A stretch of 43,310 nucleotides of DNA, taken from the NCBI GenBank assembly GCA_023645945.1, contig JALAIB010000037.1:1-43310 (forward strand). The letters run 5' to 3'. A model generated the notes under the pieces. That model did no database searches and was not told where the DNA came from. It worked only from the letters and a program-made list of their open reading frames with translations. The position numbers were made by a program, and so were the translations under genes. This DNA comes from Diploschistes diacapsis (lineage: Eukaryota). Position 1 is the first letter of the stretch. Each line of letters begins with the position of its first letter. Of this stretch, positions 12,158-26,450 are shown piece after piece.

Positions 12158-15100
12158 CTACCAGAAGCTGCACCATCCAATATAGTGCTGGCAGATGTTC
12201 TCGATATTCGTCGCCTGCGCAATCAGCCTTGCCACCTGCTCGTCGACGCTTAGCGGCTCCGCGTTCTTGAAGTCCATGCCCGTCAGCTTCTCCCTGACAC
12301 GCTTGAGCACCTGCAAGGCCCGCTCATTCTGTACGTCCCTATTGTTCTCGTCCTGTGCCTGGAGGCCCGTAAGAGCTGACGTGCGGCCCCTAGCACGGAA
12401 ACTTGGGTTATGCTGCGGCATGCGCGACCCGTTGGGAAGGCCAGGCATGTGTTGATTGGCTTGAAGCTCTTCCATGAAGGAGTTGAAGTGCGGAGCTCGT
12501 CCGGACGTGCCCCCAGCTTGACGTCCATTGCCCTCGTCGCCGCCTATGAGAGACATGCGGCGCTCGGACCTGAAGGACGGCTCGTAGGGCGATTCCCGGG
12601 TCATCAGCCGCCAGTTCAGTAAGGGGTCATGAATGAAGGCCTCGAGCACGGCCATCAGAGACTCTTTGTTGTCGCGGATCGCGCGCATGACAGCTTCGCT
12701 CGAGATCTTAAACGAGCCGTCAATGTTGGAGATTTCCATGGCGAAGGTGAGCATGCGGGTAAGACGGAACGGCACGCGCTCGGGGTATTTCTCGCGGTGC
12801 ATTGCCACCTCGAAGCAGTCGCCAAAGTCAATGTGAACAACCTTGCCCGTCTTGCGAAGCAGCATCAAGTTAGATGGATGGCGGTCGCCTAGACCCAGAA
12901 TGTATCCCACCATAGACATGACGGCAAGCGAACGAGTGTAGTTGGTACGGCGCTCCAACCAGGCCTCGGAATTGGGACTCTTGAGCCACAAGACACGGTA
13001 GAGATCTTTGCCGGTAGTGTTGTCCATGGCGTAACTGAACACCTCAACCTTCTGCATCAACGTAAGATTGTCGTACTGCGGAGCCATTTGGAGCATGATT
13101 CTGTGCTCGATATTGAGCAGTATGCGACGGTTCTCGCGATACTCCTTGATGAGACTGTGCAGAGTATCGCTCTCATGAACCCAACCGAGCAATCCAGAGC
13201 TCTGCGAAAGTGGGATGGCCGGGAATTTGGTGATATTAAGATGTCGCTTGAAGCTGTCCGCATCCTTACTGAGGAGGGTGTTGACCAGACCGAACAATTG
13301 CATCACGCGCTCATCCTGCCGAATGTCTTCATGCCCTTTGAGCAAGAAGGTGTAGGATTGTCCGTCGCTTCCTTTGAGAGTCATCTTCCTCGGACGCTGC
13401 TTCGTCGCAAAAACGGTGAAGATCTTATCGAAGCTCATGATTCGAACAATTGGTTTGCCGCTCTGGTAGGTTCCAGGAACAACAAGCTCGAGGTTCGTAG
13501 CGTCTCGAAGCTGTGGTGAGATGTATTTCAGATCAAGTATCATCAGCTGAGGCAACTGTCGTGCTATGCGTTTGAAAACACCATAGTACAGGTCCCAAGC
13601 TTGATTGATGTCGCCGGGCTCGTGCGTTGTGCGGAACGTTTCGCACCAGTGCTTCGCTTCAGTCAGCTCCCGGCCAAAGGCTTGGTGGAAAGAGATCTCT
13701 CGTAGAGTTTGTGGGCCCTGCTGACGTTAACACAGTGGCAACGAGAGCGTGACGGAATACGTACATCCTCGAGCAACTTATGAAGAGGCGCAAGAACCGC
13801 AAACATCGCGTCCGTGTTGTGATCGCCGAAGTAACTACGTCTGGTTTAGATGATCACGGAAAAAAGCTCAGAGTGCGTCGAGGAACTTACAGGCGAGACG
13901 CTTCTTCCAATCCTTCATGCCACAGTTCATGCCAGAGAACGGCCACGCGAATAAGCTCCTTGCTGACAAGTTGTGCCTGATCGACCAAGATCGGACTATG
14001 ACTACGTAGCTTCTCCATTACCGCTTTCGCGGACTCTGCCCGACCTCTTACTTCCGATTTCATTGCCACGGTCAAGGGGTAGACTAAAGCTTGCGGATGG
14101 ATCTTTCCAACGTCGACCAGTAGTTTCTGGACACCTTGACGAACACGCGCATTCGGTTGGTTGATACGGGCAATGAGCTGTGGAATGACCTCGAGCCATG
14201 TGTTCATGCTGACCATCGGAAACCCTTCCGTCAGAGCTTGCCCAACGTCTGGATTATGGCCATGGTGGAACCAGAGCGTCAGGAGACGCAACGTATCTTG
14301 CAGAGTGCTTTCCGCTTTAGATAGTGCAATCGACTTGAAAAAGCCCTGAATTGCTGGAATGACATGATCGGATATGGTCGCCTGTGGGAAAATGGCAGAC
14401 TCGTGGCTAGCTTGAGAGACGACAGCGTTTACGACCTCGAAATTGGCAAGAGACCAGGCGTGCCATGCCTTGTAACCTTCAGGATTGTATTGCGTTGCCG
14501 AATGGTATGACATGAGAATCTCGTGGATGTCTTCTGACTGCCAATTTCCTCCTTTCCCGTACGTCTGCCACTGCCCCAATCTTAAGAAACACTTGGACAG
14601 TAGGAGCTTCATGTTGCTCATGTCTTGTTTCTTAGCTTTCAATTCGGCCGGTTTTGACTGCTGATAAACATTCATCGGGTTAGCGGGTGTTGCTTCCATT
14701 GCGTTGATAGCCACGGTGAGAGCACTGCATTGGTCCGCCAACGTATTTGTAAACTCTCGCAGCTCAATCATAGCACGCATACTGTCTCCGGAGGCCCAAT
14801 TGTACTTATGCTGGGCATAGCAGACTTCCGGAAGATCGTTGGGGTCAGCCACAAGGTGGTCCGAGTCGTCAGCGTTCACCTTAAGCAGGTTGATAGCTTT
14901 TTTGGCGAGACCTGTGCGACCGGCCTTGCGACAGAGGTTGGCGTATTTGATCCATACTTCCTTGTTTTCCTTTGGACTCAGCACAAGCTGCCGCACCTTA
15001 AGCATACGCTGCCAAGTTTCGACATTCGCCTCGCAGCCCTCCAGCCGTGTTCGCCATGTTTCCCTCATCATGCTCTGCTTTTCTGGATCTGCTAGAGCCT

Positions 15101-18100
15101 TTTTGTAGGTAATTGTTTCTTCAAGCTCCGCTATCATCTGAACTCGAACCACAACGCCGTACGCACGAGTGTACGATTCACCAAGAAGTGCGGTCAGCTC
15201 TGTGTCAAGCCCATCACGAGCCTTCTCGATGTGGGCAAGTGCCTCTGCGTATGAATTCTGATTGACTGCCGCTATCGCTTTGAAGAACGAGCGATCGGGG
15301 GAATTCGTCTTCATTGCTTCGAGGTAAGTGTCCATCAGCTCCCAGGAGTTGATGCCCCATGCGGCAGCCGCGGCCAATGGTGCAATCATGCGCTTGTTCT
15401 CCATTGTTGCCAGGCTCCACTTGCTCTCTGCAACGCTGTGTAGCATCTCCCATTCTCCGAGCGCATGGAGACATCTCATCTTGCCCATGGTGACTTCGAA
15501 AGAGTCTGGATCTTCCTTCTCACGTTCCGTGTATGCAACTAGGGCATCATCCCAGCGTCCGAGCTTCTCAAACCATGTCTCCTTCAGTTCAAAGTCACGG
15601 TACTTTTGGGCGTTTCTGAGAATGCCAACTGCAGCATCTGTTTGCTGTAGCTGGTTGTTGATCGTGATCAATGCTTCAACGACACTTGGGTTCTTTTCTT
15701 CTTCAAACTCAAGTTCTTTGTAATGCAAGGCTTTGGCGTAAGCGTGACATTTGCCTGCATGGAGACCCAGCGTGCCGATATCGATAGGCAGCGGCTTGTC
15801 GTCGTGTTCCATAAACTCGGCAAGATTGAGTAAGACTTGTAGTATTTCTGGCGGGATGTGTGGCGAGACGAGTGCCAGCTCCAGTGAATGAACTAGATCT
15901 TCTTGGTATTGATCGTAGAGCTCAGTCCAACAAGACGCAAAAGCAACATTGAATAAATCCTTTGTCACTTGGGAATAGACGTTGGCAAGGCTTGCACAGG
16001 CTCGAAGTGCGTTTGAAGGAGATTCCTTGAGCAGCTCCATACTGAACCGCCTCATCCACTCTTGCCAGTCGTCACGAGTGGACTTGTTTGTGGCCTCCCA
16101 AGCGATTTTCAAATGCTCTTGATTCACAGGCAGCTTTCGCTGGGACACTTCAACAGGTGCTAAATCCTCTGAGTTGGCCTGAGAGTCTAGGATAGGCCTC
16201 AAATCCTGCGGGAGGGCTTCGCCATTGCGGATTTTGGTACATATGTTATCGAAGCTCGAGTGTTGCATACCATTGCTCACAAGCGACTGCTTCAGGCCGT
16301 CCAAGAATGGCTCGGCGTCTTGCGGATACTGGAAGAGAAATGTGAGAATGCAATCGTAAGCTACACCATGCAAGGCCTTCTCTTTCGATGCGAGCATGTC
16401 CATCAGGCTATGCAGAAGGAGTGAAGCGTAATCGGAGATGTTCGTCTGACGAGCTATCGTACCTATTGTTTCTATACAACTTTTGCGGACCGACAGTTGT
16501 CTCACGTCACTTGAGAAAGTGCGAATCATTTTTGGCAGGATCAGCCACATTGACCGCTCAGCGTGCTTTCCGAAGACGAGCACTGTATGCATCGCTCTTC
16601 CAGGCCGGTTGATCGATTTGTCCGGATCACTGTCGACAGCCTGCATGACCAACGGGCACAGTCGAACTAAAGATGGATAAAACTCCCGGCCCAGAGCCTT
16701 CGAAAGGGATTCCATCACGGACAAGCATGTGACAGAGACACCAGCGCTGGTATCAAAATACAAGAGGAGGACCTCGACTATGTCTTTCACGAATGGCCTA
16801 AAGTGCTGCCCGACTATCGAGATTAGAATGGCCATTTGGTTGAAGTACTGCTCTAGCTTGTTGAGCGGCGCGGAGTGAATGACTGAGATGAAGGTGGGAA
16901 TAATTTGCGGCAAAAAGGTGACACACTTCAGACCCAGGGTTTTGAAGATGGTGACTATTGCCTCAATGACATTGTGGTGATACTGAGCCAAGGAGCTGTC
17001 TTGCAGAACATTATGCATTAGTATATTCATGACGACCTGGGGATAATACTCCTCGTTGGATGGAGTCAAGCCCTGCATTATAAGTGCCACATCTGACAGG
17101 CCTAGGTTGTCGGCAGTCTTCGCCGTCGATCTCGTCTCCAAAGATTGCTGGTGACGATAAGGGTCGAGCGCACCAAGTATACCCAGTAGTTTGATAGTCT
17201 CCCGACGAATAACACCTTGCTGCTCTGTCTTGATGATGCTGGTGAGCATGTCGAGGAGCTGGGGGTGATCTAGATAGGGTGCAATGACATAGCCCGTGTT
17301 GCTCGCCAGCTGCCCCAAGGAGCGTAGTGCAGCGTCCCTCCTTGGTGGATTAGCCAAGTCTTGAAGAGCATCGATGATTGTGGGCATCAGTTGTTGAAGA
17401 TATGGCTGTAATCGCAAACCGCCAACAGTCGAAAGGTCACCAATCGCACGAAGAATAGTGGCGCTAACATCGGGACTCGAGCTCGTGGCTTTTGGAACAA
17501 GAGTCTTTACCAAATTTTCAACAAAAGGCCGAACAAGTGACGATGCATTCATTACGCATAAGCTAACAAGCCTAGCTCCTTGTTCCTCATATTCGGGGTC
17601 GTTTGATGCACTGACGCTTTGCGTGAAGTTGGAGAGCAGCTTACGCAGAGGGGGAAAGACGTAGGCAGGGTTCACAAGGGTAAGGCGACCCAGGATTTCA
17701 ACTGCCGCTTTGCGAACCTCGAAGTCTTCCTCGTTGATTGCCATGATAATCTTGCGAACGTTCTCCTGCTCCGCCAGATGTCTGTCGAACTTGGTATCCA
17801 AAGCATGCATGACGGTCCTCCGAATCTCCGTAACTGGATCCGCAACCGCGGCATTGAGGAGCTGCGAAACAACGGAGCGAACGACACCGATTGCGTGATA
17901 GCTCGTCTGCTTGATGATGGGATCTTGTACGTAGATCTGGCAGCAGGTCAAGGCGGCCGCTCTTCGAATCTCGGCATTATAGCTCTTAACGTAGGGAAGA
18001 GCCACATCTCGAACGAACTCGTTCAGAGTATGGCCCTTGAAATCGAAACTACCTAGAGTATGTAGGGCCAAGGCGATCTCGTTGTCCCCATGAGAAATGC

Positions 18101-19531
18101 CACTCTGCTGCCATTCCTTTGCAAATTGAGGTATTGGGGGAAGTCGATTATCTGGACAGCCAAGAGGCTTGAAGGGCTTATTGCAAAGCACTAAGCTGAC
18201 AAGATCGAGTAACTTGTCTTGGATCTGGGCTTTGACGGGAGCAACATAATGGGCCATATCCACGAGTGCTTGGGTGAGAGCGTCACTGAGACCACATGCA
18301 AACATAATATCCAACAAGCCATCCTCGATAAACTTCGTCATAGCTTGGCCTACCGCCATTGAAAGCATACTTATGCAGTGAAAAATGGAGCCGTCCCTGT
18401 CGCGGCTTTTCGCTTTAGTCTTCAGACCGTCTTTTATTGAGTTCATCAGGCCGTCTAAGTACGGAACAATGGATGCCGAGATAGCTGTGGCAATCTTACC
18501 AATAGCTTGATATGCCGCCGAGCGTTCCCGGTCCTTTTTCAACTGGCCGGTAAGGAATATCATGAACTTCTGTAGGTAGAGGGCGCAAAAATCGGTGGGA
18601 GCGTACGAGGCAAGTATCGGAATCATCTGCACGACCTCGCTGCGGATCTTGGCGTCTTTATGAGCCTTGAGCTGTAGATCGATCTCGCAAGCTTCGCGAT
18701 AATGGTCCTGCATGAACATGCCCCCAGCCGTGAGCAGTTCCCTCATGATGAGAAGCGAGCCGTGCTGATAATCTGCGACTCCAGCCTTGAAACCAACCAG
18801 GCACTCATTCCACATCGATGTGAACCACTGCGTCCGAGTGCGGACATCTCGAGGTGCAAGAATCTCAAAGCACGTCGCAACCGCTTCAGCTGCCGTTTCC
18901 CGGATCAGAATTTTTGGATCCCTCAACGCGGACCAAATGTACTCGAGGATCTGAGGTATGTATGCGAAAATCAACGTAGGCGAGCTTTTGGCAAGTTCAC
19001 GAATCACTAGTGCCGCAGCGAACCTTTTTGTTTCCGATCTCTCCACTGTCAGCCACTCCAAGGCGGTCTTCACTTCGCTATCCACCAAATCCGCTGTCAA
19101 AGCTCCGCCAGGAGTGGCAAGTCGCCCTAGAGCCCGTGCCGCGTAAATGAGCACGTCCCCATCATTGGATCGTAGTGCCGCTCTCAAAAAGCCTGAGAAT
19201 CGCGTTACTTTCGCAGCTGCGTCTTCACCGCCAAAATCGAGCAATGCTTCCATAACCAAGATGCCTCCTATTTTCTCATTGGGATCCTGGCTCATTACAA
19301 TTGTGCTCGCTAGCCGAGAGTTGAGAGAGTTGTAGAACTCCACGAATCTGTCCGGTTGTAGCTCTGTCCTTATTTAGTACGGGTGTTCACGACATGGTAT
19401 GCTGGAGATGTACCTCTGTGAGCTGCAACAACCATATTTCGCAGGTCGGTCGCCGCCTTGAACCTCGCCTCGAGTCGCGGGCTCCGAAGTTCCTTGAAGA
19501 GGTTTTGCCATGCTCTTTCGTCGATCGGCAT
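12158..19531 (-). CDS. tor: Serine/threonine-protein kinase TOR (HEAT repeats, FAT, FRB, PIKK kinase domain, FATC); 4 exons (19531-19414, 19363-13891, 13834-13765, 13717-12158), 2406 aa
   Basis: 1818-aa and 465-aa ORFs join through GT-AG introns into one frame. [22 protein letters not shown]...AWDLYYGVF. Kinase: [58 protein letters not shown]. Confidence 0.98.
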
Positions 19532-20451
19532 GTTGACGGTTTAAGCATTCTTTTCCAGGAGGGTTTGGGAGGCTTTTTTGGTTTGCCCTAACGCGCAACT
19601 TGGAAGTCGATACCTCGATAATGCCGCTGTTTTGGAGGGACCCTGGGAATAAGAAATGAGCTCGATGGTTTGTCTCGTTGTCCAAAATCCCATTATTCTC
19701 GAGGATGCAATTCCAGGGTGTTTGGTTCCTTACTCAAGGGCTCACAATGGTTGCTTGCTGAATTAGCTGCTAGTGCTTGGAGGATTCTTCGATGATCTAC
19801 GTGTATCGATCTCTTACTGGCTGGGACGCAGTCTGGAGGAGCTTGATGCCCGGCATCAGCCTCCTTCTACTTAGTAGGTGCTTCAGCGCGTTCGGCGATT
19901 ATGTCACCGGTGTGCTCCCGAAGCCTCTCCTCCCTGGAACAAACTGAACTGCAGCTCCTCTGCGAAATTGGAATCAAGGCAAGATGATAGTGCTCAGTCA
20001 GAAGTGAACAGTATACGTGGATTCAGAGCTTCAGGTTTCCGAGAATAACCTCTGATCTCTCTTGTCACATGCTTGGCAACGGTTTTCGTACAAGGTAGAT
20101 TACTTTATGCTGATTGGATCGCTAAGCACAGCTTGGCAGCTCGGAAAAATTCTCAAGCTCTTGCCCCTGAGTTATCCGCTCTCGACAGGACAGGTAAAAT
20201 TATCTGACTGCTTTGGTGAATCATTAGCGGGAATGGGATAACGTTTTCCCAGCAAACTCTACACGCAACAACATTGATTCACATAGAAGTTTGCTAACTG
20301 CTGCGTCAAGAGCTAGCGTGCATAGGAGTGTTCGGGGTTTCCATAGTTCTACTCCAAAATTGATAAAAACTCAACCTGGAAGGCCATGCACCCCAATAGG
20401 GAACAGCCAAGATCAGGGTTATATAATACATTCAGGGGGCAATGCTGTGCA

Positions 20452-22655
20452 CTAAGCAACCCAGAACCAAAACCTCTGAAGCATATTCTTGGGCTCTGGC
20501 CTCTGATCCAATGCTTCCAGAGCATCTGCCTCCTCTTTGCCAGTTCTAACATCGACATCATGTGTGGGTCGCACCCACGGTGTGCGATACCAGGCCTTGT
20601 GGCCAAAATAGAGTAAAAAGAAGGCCGGGATAGTGATACTAAGTCCTCGTAAGTAGAAATACGGACAAGGGGCCATTGACGACTTACTATGCCGCAAGGA
20701 AAGACGCAGCGGAGAATGAGTCTGGGAAAAAGACCTGGAAGCCATTCGTTAAGCTCAGGAGGACAAGTATGAACAAGGCAGCCCATGTAGTATATGGCTG
20801 GAACCGAGTCTTGTAGGGCCTAGCCTCGTAGATATTGTTATATATAAGTGCCTTCCTGAAACGAAGATAAGCCATGAGCAATGTGCACCAAGCGATGAAG
20901 CCAGAGATTGTCGTAAGGTTCAAGAACCACTCGAACACGGTACTGCTACCCTCCGAAACGGACATGTAGACCAGGCAGGAGAGCAGACAGGAGAAGAGCA
21001 CCGCGATCCACGGCACTCCTTGCTTGTTGCACGTCCTGAAGATTGCCGGTGCTTGATGTGATATCGCAAGACTGTAGAGGTTGCGACTTGCTGCGTACAC
21101 GAAGGAGTTTGCTGCGCTTGTTGCACTTGTGACAATGACCGCGTTGATGATGTGGTTGAGGACTGGGATTCCCGCGTTTTGTATACCCAGCACGAAAGGA
21201 CTGGCGCCAGCGTTCGAAACGCCGCTACTCACGGCCTGTAGAAGGTTCGGGTCGTTCGAGGCGACGATCACTGAGATGACCAAGGAACCTAGGACGTAGA
21301 AGAACATTAGACGGTAGACAAATCTTCGGCTTGCCTTTGGTATGTTCCTTCGAGGAGCTTGACTCTCGCCCGCTGTAATAGCCACCAACTCAGGGGAAGT
21401 GATAAAAGCGAAGCCCGAACGGACTAGAGCCGTCCAGAAAGCTAGGAACCTGCCAGTGGAACCTTGGGCTTTGTACGATACGAATGCCCCTGGCGTTTGC
21501 CAGTAATAGAAGCCTAGTCGAGTGTGGTCTGGGGCACCACCAAAAAAGATGACGACTCCTGGTGAAAGTCAGCAGCGTTTCCAGCAGAAGTCCTGGACAG
21601 CCTACCCAGGATTATAAGCCCCAAAATTGTAATCAATTTGATACTGCTCTTGGTCAATAGAAGTTCGCGTCCTCCAAAGTTGTACAGACCTCGCAAACCA
21701 GAATTCTGCCTCGCCGTAGATTGAGACCACGAAGATGTTGAGGAAGACAACGACTATCAGGATGATGGTGATCCAGACGGCCACAGGCACTGCTGTTGTC
21801 CAGTACTGGATGACAGTAGCAGCAGCGCTGATCTCGGCCGCCACAAGCATTGCGTACGTATACCTGGAGAATCATTAGTTCAGGGGTGGACGGGCATACT
21901 TCCAGAGGCCATTACCAGTAGTTCCATCCACTAGCGAAGGCCAGACTAGGTTCGAAGAAACGATTGATGTAGTAGGGGACTGAAACACCCGGAATAGGCA
22001 CGTAGGTTACCATCTCGGCCAGAGCGTTCACTGCGGCAGCATCCAGTCAGCAACAGGCCAATGTGGCTGGCGAGTGACTGACTGATCCACCAAAGGATGA
22101 TGCTCATGACGAAGAAGGCCATGAACTGGGAAAAAGATCAGCTCGAGGCCGTCGTCGAGGCTGCAGTACCGAGTCTGTGTGGCCAGCCATTCTCGCTTAC
22201 CAAGGGGGCGGGGCCAACAAGGGATAGGGTAGCGCCTGTGTATTCACATCAGTACGCCCAAGTTCATTCAAATCACACAATCAGACTGTCCTACCCGATC
22301 CAACAAACAACCCAGTACCTATTTAAGTCAAGCGTGATTAGGTCAACTGCTTCTGACTCTTCACAAGTAGAAGTCATGCAAACCTATTGCTCCACCCAGG
22401 GCTGTCATCATCAGTTCTCTTTCCTATTTAAAGACCACATCCTCCCTCCTTCTTACCTATCAGTTGTATATGCCTGGACTTCAAGCCTCTCTTTGTACTG
22501 CCATAGTGGTCGGCCTCGATCAACTGGCCTTCAAAGGCCTGTGGACCTTCATCTACCTTCTCTGCATCATACTTCTCATACATCTGAGCATCGTGGCTTG
22601 GCTTTGTTGATATTTCTTCAGCCACCAAGTCTTTCTTCGGTGCTCGATAGGACAT
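20452..22655 (-). CDS. APC/YAT-family amino acid permease (proline permease Put4/PrnB-like); 10 exons by manual splicing
   Basis: Spliced sequence reads [37 protein letters not shown]...NALAEMVTYVP...SLAFASGWNYWY...GEAEFWFASIK...AGESQAPRRNIPKA...SRNLYSLA...PYKTRFQPY. Nine GT-AG introns. Substrate is inferred. Confidence 0.92.
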
Positions 22656-25600
22656 CTTATTGTCTTATCAACAACCAATAATCTCAAGATGATATATATC
22701 ACTCAAGATCCACAGTACTTGGCTCGAGTCTCTCTCTGTGTCATCAAAGACCATGCAAGTAGGGAGGCTTTTAATCCAAACAGAGAGAGAATCGAAGGCG
22801 ACGAGCTTTGTCAATTGCGAGAGACAAGTTAAGCTCGCGGAGATCATGGGCTAGATGCATCTCGACCTCCAAGTGCTCCACCCCATTAAAACTGGCTATA
22901 CTAACGTCAAACGAGACAAGGCTAGAAGGTCTCTTTGGTTGGTCATCATCATTCGTTGATCGCCAGCACTAGGCTGTTTAAGGGATCCTTCTCGAAACCA
23001 GAGCAAAATCCTCGTACAAACGCCAAGAACATCCGCAACCGCTCCACTCTTGACAAACCTTCCTCCTCTTCTTTTCTTCAACCATCAACAATCACTACCA
23101 TAATGTTGAATATGAGCTCCGCCCTAATATATAAATGATTCGACTTGATGTATTTCCAGGAGATATCGGATAAGGCCTTGCCTCTTTGCACGAGACAGTG
23201 TCGGCTATGACCCTTCTGATCGACCCTTGCTGTCTTGGTCGCAACAAGCCGTCCCTTCTCTGCAGCTCTCCAAGAATGGCAGGCTAGCATAGGCACAGTA
23301 ACATCCAAAGGTACCAACAGAGACTTGTCTGTCTCTTTCATTCATGACAAATTATATTGAAAACATCGGAGAGCTTAGGGAAACTGTTTGCTTCTCTTTC
23401 AGTCCTCTATATAAACGCCTATCCCAGGAAACACATTGCAGGATACCAAGCAGTGTTTTTAAACAAGCATCGAGAGATGCTGGCACTGTATTTTTGAGCA
23501 CGCAGCGAGACAACAACCACGACCTACTTATCTCAAGTAGGAATTGGTGTTGTCTCTGTTTGCTGTTCTCATGAACTCACCAGGCAGGATCACAGGGTCC
23601 ACTGGGCATTCTCTTTATGCCTCACAATCCCATCATGCAGTTGCGCTAGATATCATACCGACCAAAGGGCTATAAGTTCTCCATCAGAGCATTCCAAGGA
23701 CCCCGCCTTTAGAGACTTCGCGAAGACCCCAGGGCTTGCTGTCCTCTCTGTGGATATATGAATAACTCAAGTCTTCCGTCTTTGCTCTCAGGCTGTTTGC
23801 AGAAATGATATAAAGTTAATTCGGTTTCCGATACTCATCTATATGAGCGCATACTGGACATCCTTATCAGACTAAAACCTCCCGTTCAGGGGCGGCGGTT
23901 TCTTCCGCGCGTGAGCCGGCCAAGAGATTTATTAACAATTTAGAAACATCGAACCAGTTCTACGACAGGCTCTTGTGGCAATCCTCTTGACTTTCCGGGG
24001 CAGGTTGAACTTTGTATTACTCTGCGAAGGAAGGAAGCAGACCGGCTTGGCTTCGAAGTACCTTCAGGATCATAACAGCCAAGGTTACCATAATAGGAAA
24101 TTTAGGATATCGAAGGCCCCAAACCTTTGCCAGATCCTCTTTTTTATATGAGCTTAGTGCACTCGTACTCTCGGTTCCTGCTTCCACCTCACGATTGGCG
24201 AGTGTTTCTACCACAATTCGCAGATGGCAACACAGCTCCGGTTCAGTCCATCTGCTGGTGCCGCTACTCTAATCCGTGGAACAACTAGGAGTTCTTGCCG
24301 AAACTGTTTCTTGCCAGGATGTTCTTTAGGTTTCTCGAGTATACAGCCGCCACTGGGGGATTAATACCCGAACGTAGTGTTTGGAGGGGAGCAGTGCGTT
24401 TGGGTCAAGTAGCGAATCCGGAGGCTCATATAAAGCTTACACATCCTGCGAGATCATAAGGATTACTCAACCTTTGCGCCATAGCGCAACATTTATATCT
24501 GAGGACTAAATGGCTTGGGCGTTCCCGAGAAGGTGATTTCTTGAACATCACCTTCCCCAACAACCGAGGGATAAACCAGTGAAACTGTATAGTGATTTTC
24601 AAACGACAAAATTCTTCTGTACTGCTGAGGGCTGGATCTTTATCTTGAGCATCAACAGGGCTCTTCATCAACCTCGGCCTCAGTCTCACATCTAGTGCTG
24701 CAAGCTCTTGTCACTGTTGTCTTTGTACGATCTTTCCTGACCTTGGTTGTATATGAGGCCCTCTTTCTTCGCTGGAGCGCGAATCCCTAGATGCAACCAG
24801 AATAGCGTGAGGGAAACTCTTTTTACTCATCTGATTCGTTCGCATGAATGACTTCGAGAGCTCTTATCAAGTATTACTTCATTCCGGGGTCCGACTTGAA
24901 CAACTAAATCACAAGAGCGGCACTCGGTAGGATGTCTCCTCTCTGGTGGCGATCACACTCTTCAGTTCAACCTCAGCATCCAAAGGATTGCTTCTTCATG
25001 ATGTTTGATCCTCTTCAGGACCGTACCTGGGAGCTTTGCGCTTGATCTTTCGCTCTTGAACTGAGCTAAGGCAGTGCTCAGGTGCGCTCTGCAGCTTCAA
25101 TGAGTATCTTAGGACTGTTGCTGGACGCTCTACTCGAAGTTTAACGATTGATATATATGACACCAGGGCAGCTGCATCGTTATCGATCGGCAATAGAACT
25201 TCTATTTAAGGAATCATCGTCTCGCCAGAACTTGCAACAGAAATCATCTTCATGGTCAGAACCTTCATCCTGAAATAATATTTCGGGATAGAACCTTTGT
25301 CCTGGAATTATTTTCACGGACAGGACCTTCGTTTAAAGTTCTCTTTAGAGACAGAGTCTTGCTCTTCAGACAATAATGGCCAGGAATCTTCTCTTGCTTC
25401 TCGACCAAAACTCTCCTAGTTTTCTCTGTATAGCACTTAGGACTCTTGTCAGACTGGTCACAGCTCGATAATCTACTACGATTCATCGCGAGGTCGTTTG
25501 TTCTCCCCTTTCGCGCCCAGGATTTGTGTAGGTCTGCAATAATTGACTGAAGCTTCGCACAATCCCTGCCCAATTTTCAGGATAGCTTCTTACAGATCTA

Positions 25601-26450
25601 GTCTCGATCATCTCCAGCACTTCGTCAAGCTGAGGAAGGCATAACCGTTCACCCATCTATCCTATCGAAATATCGCATTCCGGGCACTTCACTTTTGACA
25701 TAGTAAACCTCAGGATTGTCCTTCTGTTTTCCGAGCAGACTTGAAGGAATCGACGGAGGTGTACAAGGACCTTGGGCAGCTCTTTCTCCCTTGATAACAT
25801 TTGATTCAAGCTTTCAAAGCTTTCCAACTCTGTGCGGCTCTAGCTGTCTACTTCTCCTAGGTAGCGAGCAGAAGACTTCGCAAAAACCGGTTTGGCCAAC
25901 CCCAGGGCTCGCTCCAGCCTTGTGGCCTTCGAAGAATGTGCCAGGTCGACTGACTCCCTGCTGCAACTGTTCGAGCTTAACGTGAAATGTAGAATAGGCA
26001 GCTCGGTATTGAACCCATATCCAGTATACTGCTAAAGATTTCGGTACATGGTCCGTGGCAGCTTTGCATCCGACTTCTGGTGGACACCCCAGATGCGAGG
26101 GACTTGATCTTTATCATCCCACTCTTAATGAAGATCTGGCAACTTTCAACATGCGACTGGACAACAGGAACATCGGTCGAGTTCGTTGCCCATCAAGTCA
26201 TCTCCTTGAGGCTTCAAGAAAAATTCTCTCTAATTGCATTCCCCAGGGAATTTCGCTAGCTCCTCGCTGCAACTGCTTTAGAACATCTAAAACACATGCG
26301 GGTCATTTGTTTTAGCAATTGAGCGCACAAAGGAGACCATCTTTAGGGAGTCATCCCGTTGAGCTTCGCAACAAGATGATCGAGTTTCTCTCAGGCATCC
26401 CAAGCCAAGTCCCCGACTGACATATATATGACAACATTCGAAATAATTTG

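Noticed and set aside
12195..19335. Many short + strand ORFs overlapping TOR
   Set aside because: Antisense shadows of a long coding sequence; no independent features.
19374..19685. ORF containing [11 protein letters not shown] as the TOR N-terminus
   Set aside because: Wrong frame. The frame from ATG 19531 ([17 protein letters not shown]) splices in phase and resembles TOR N-termini.
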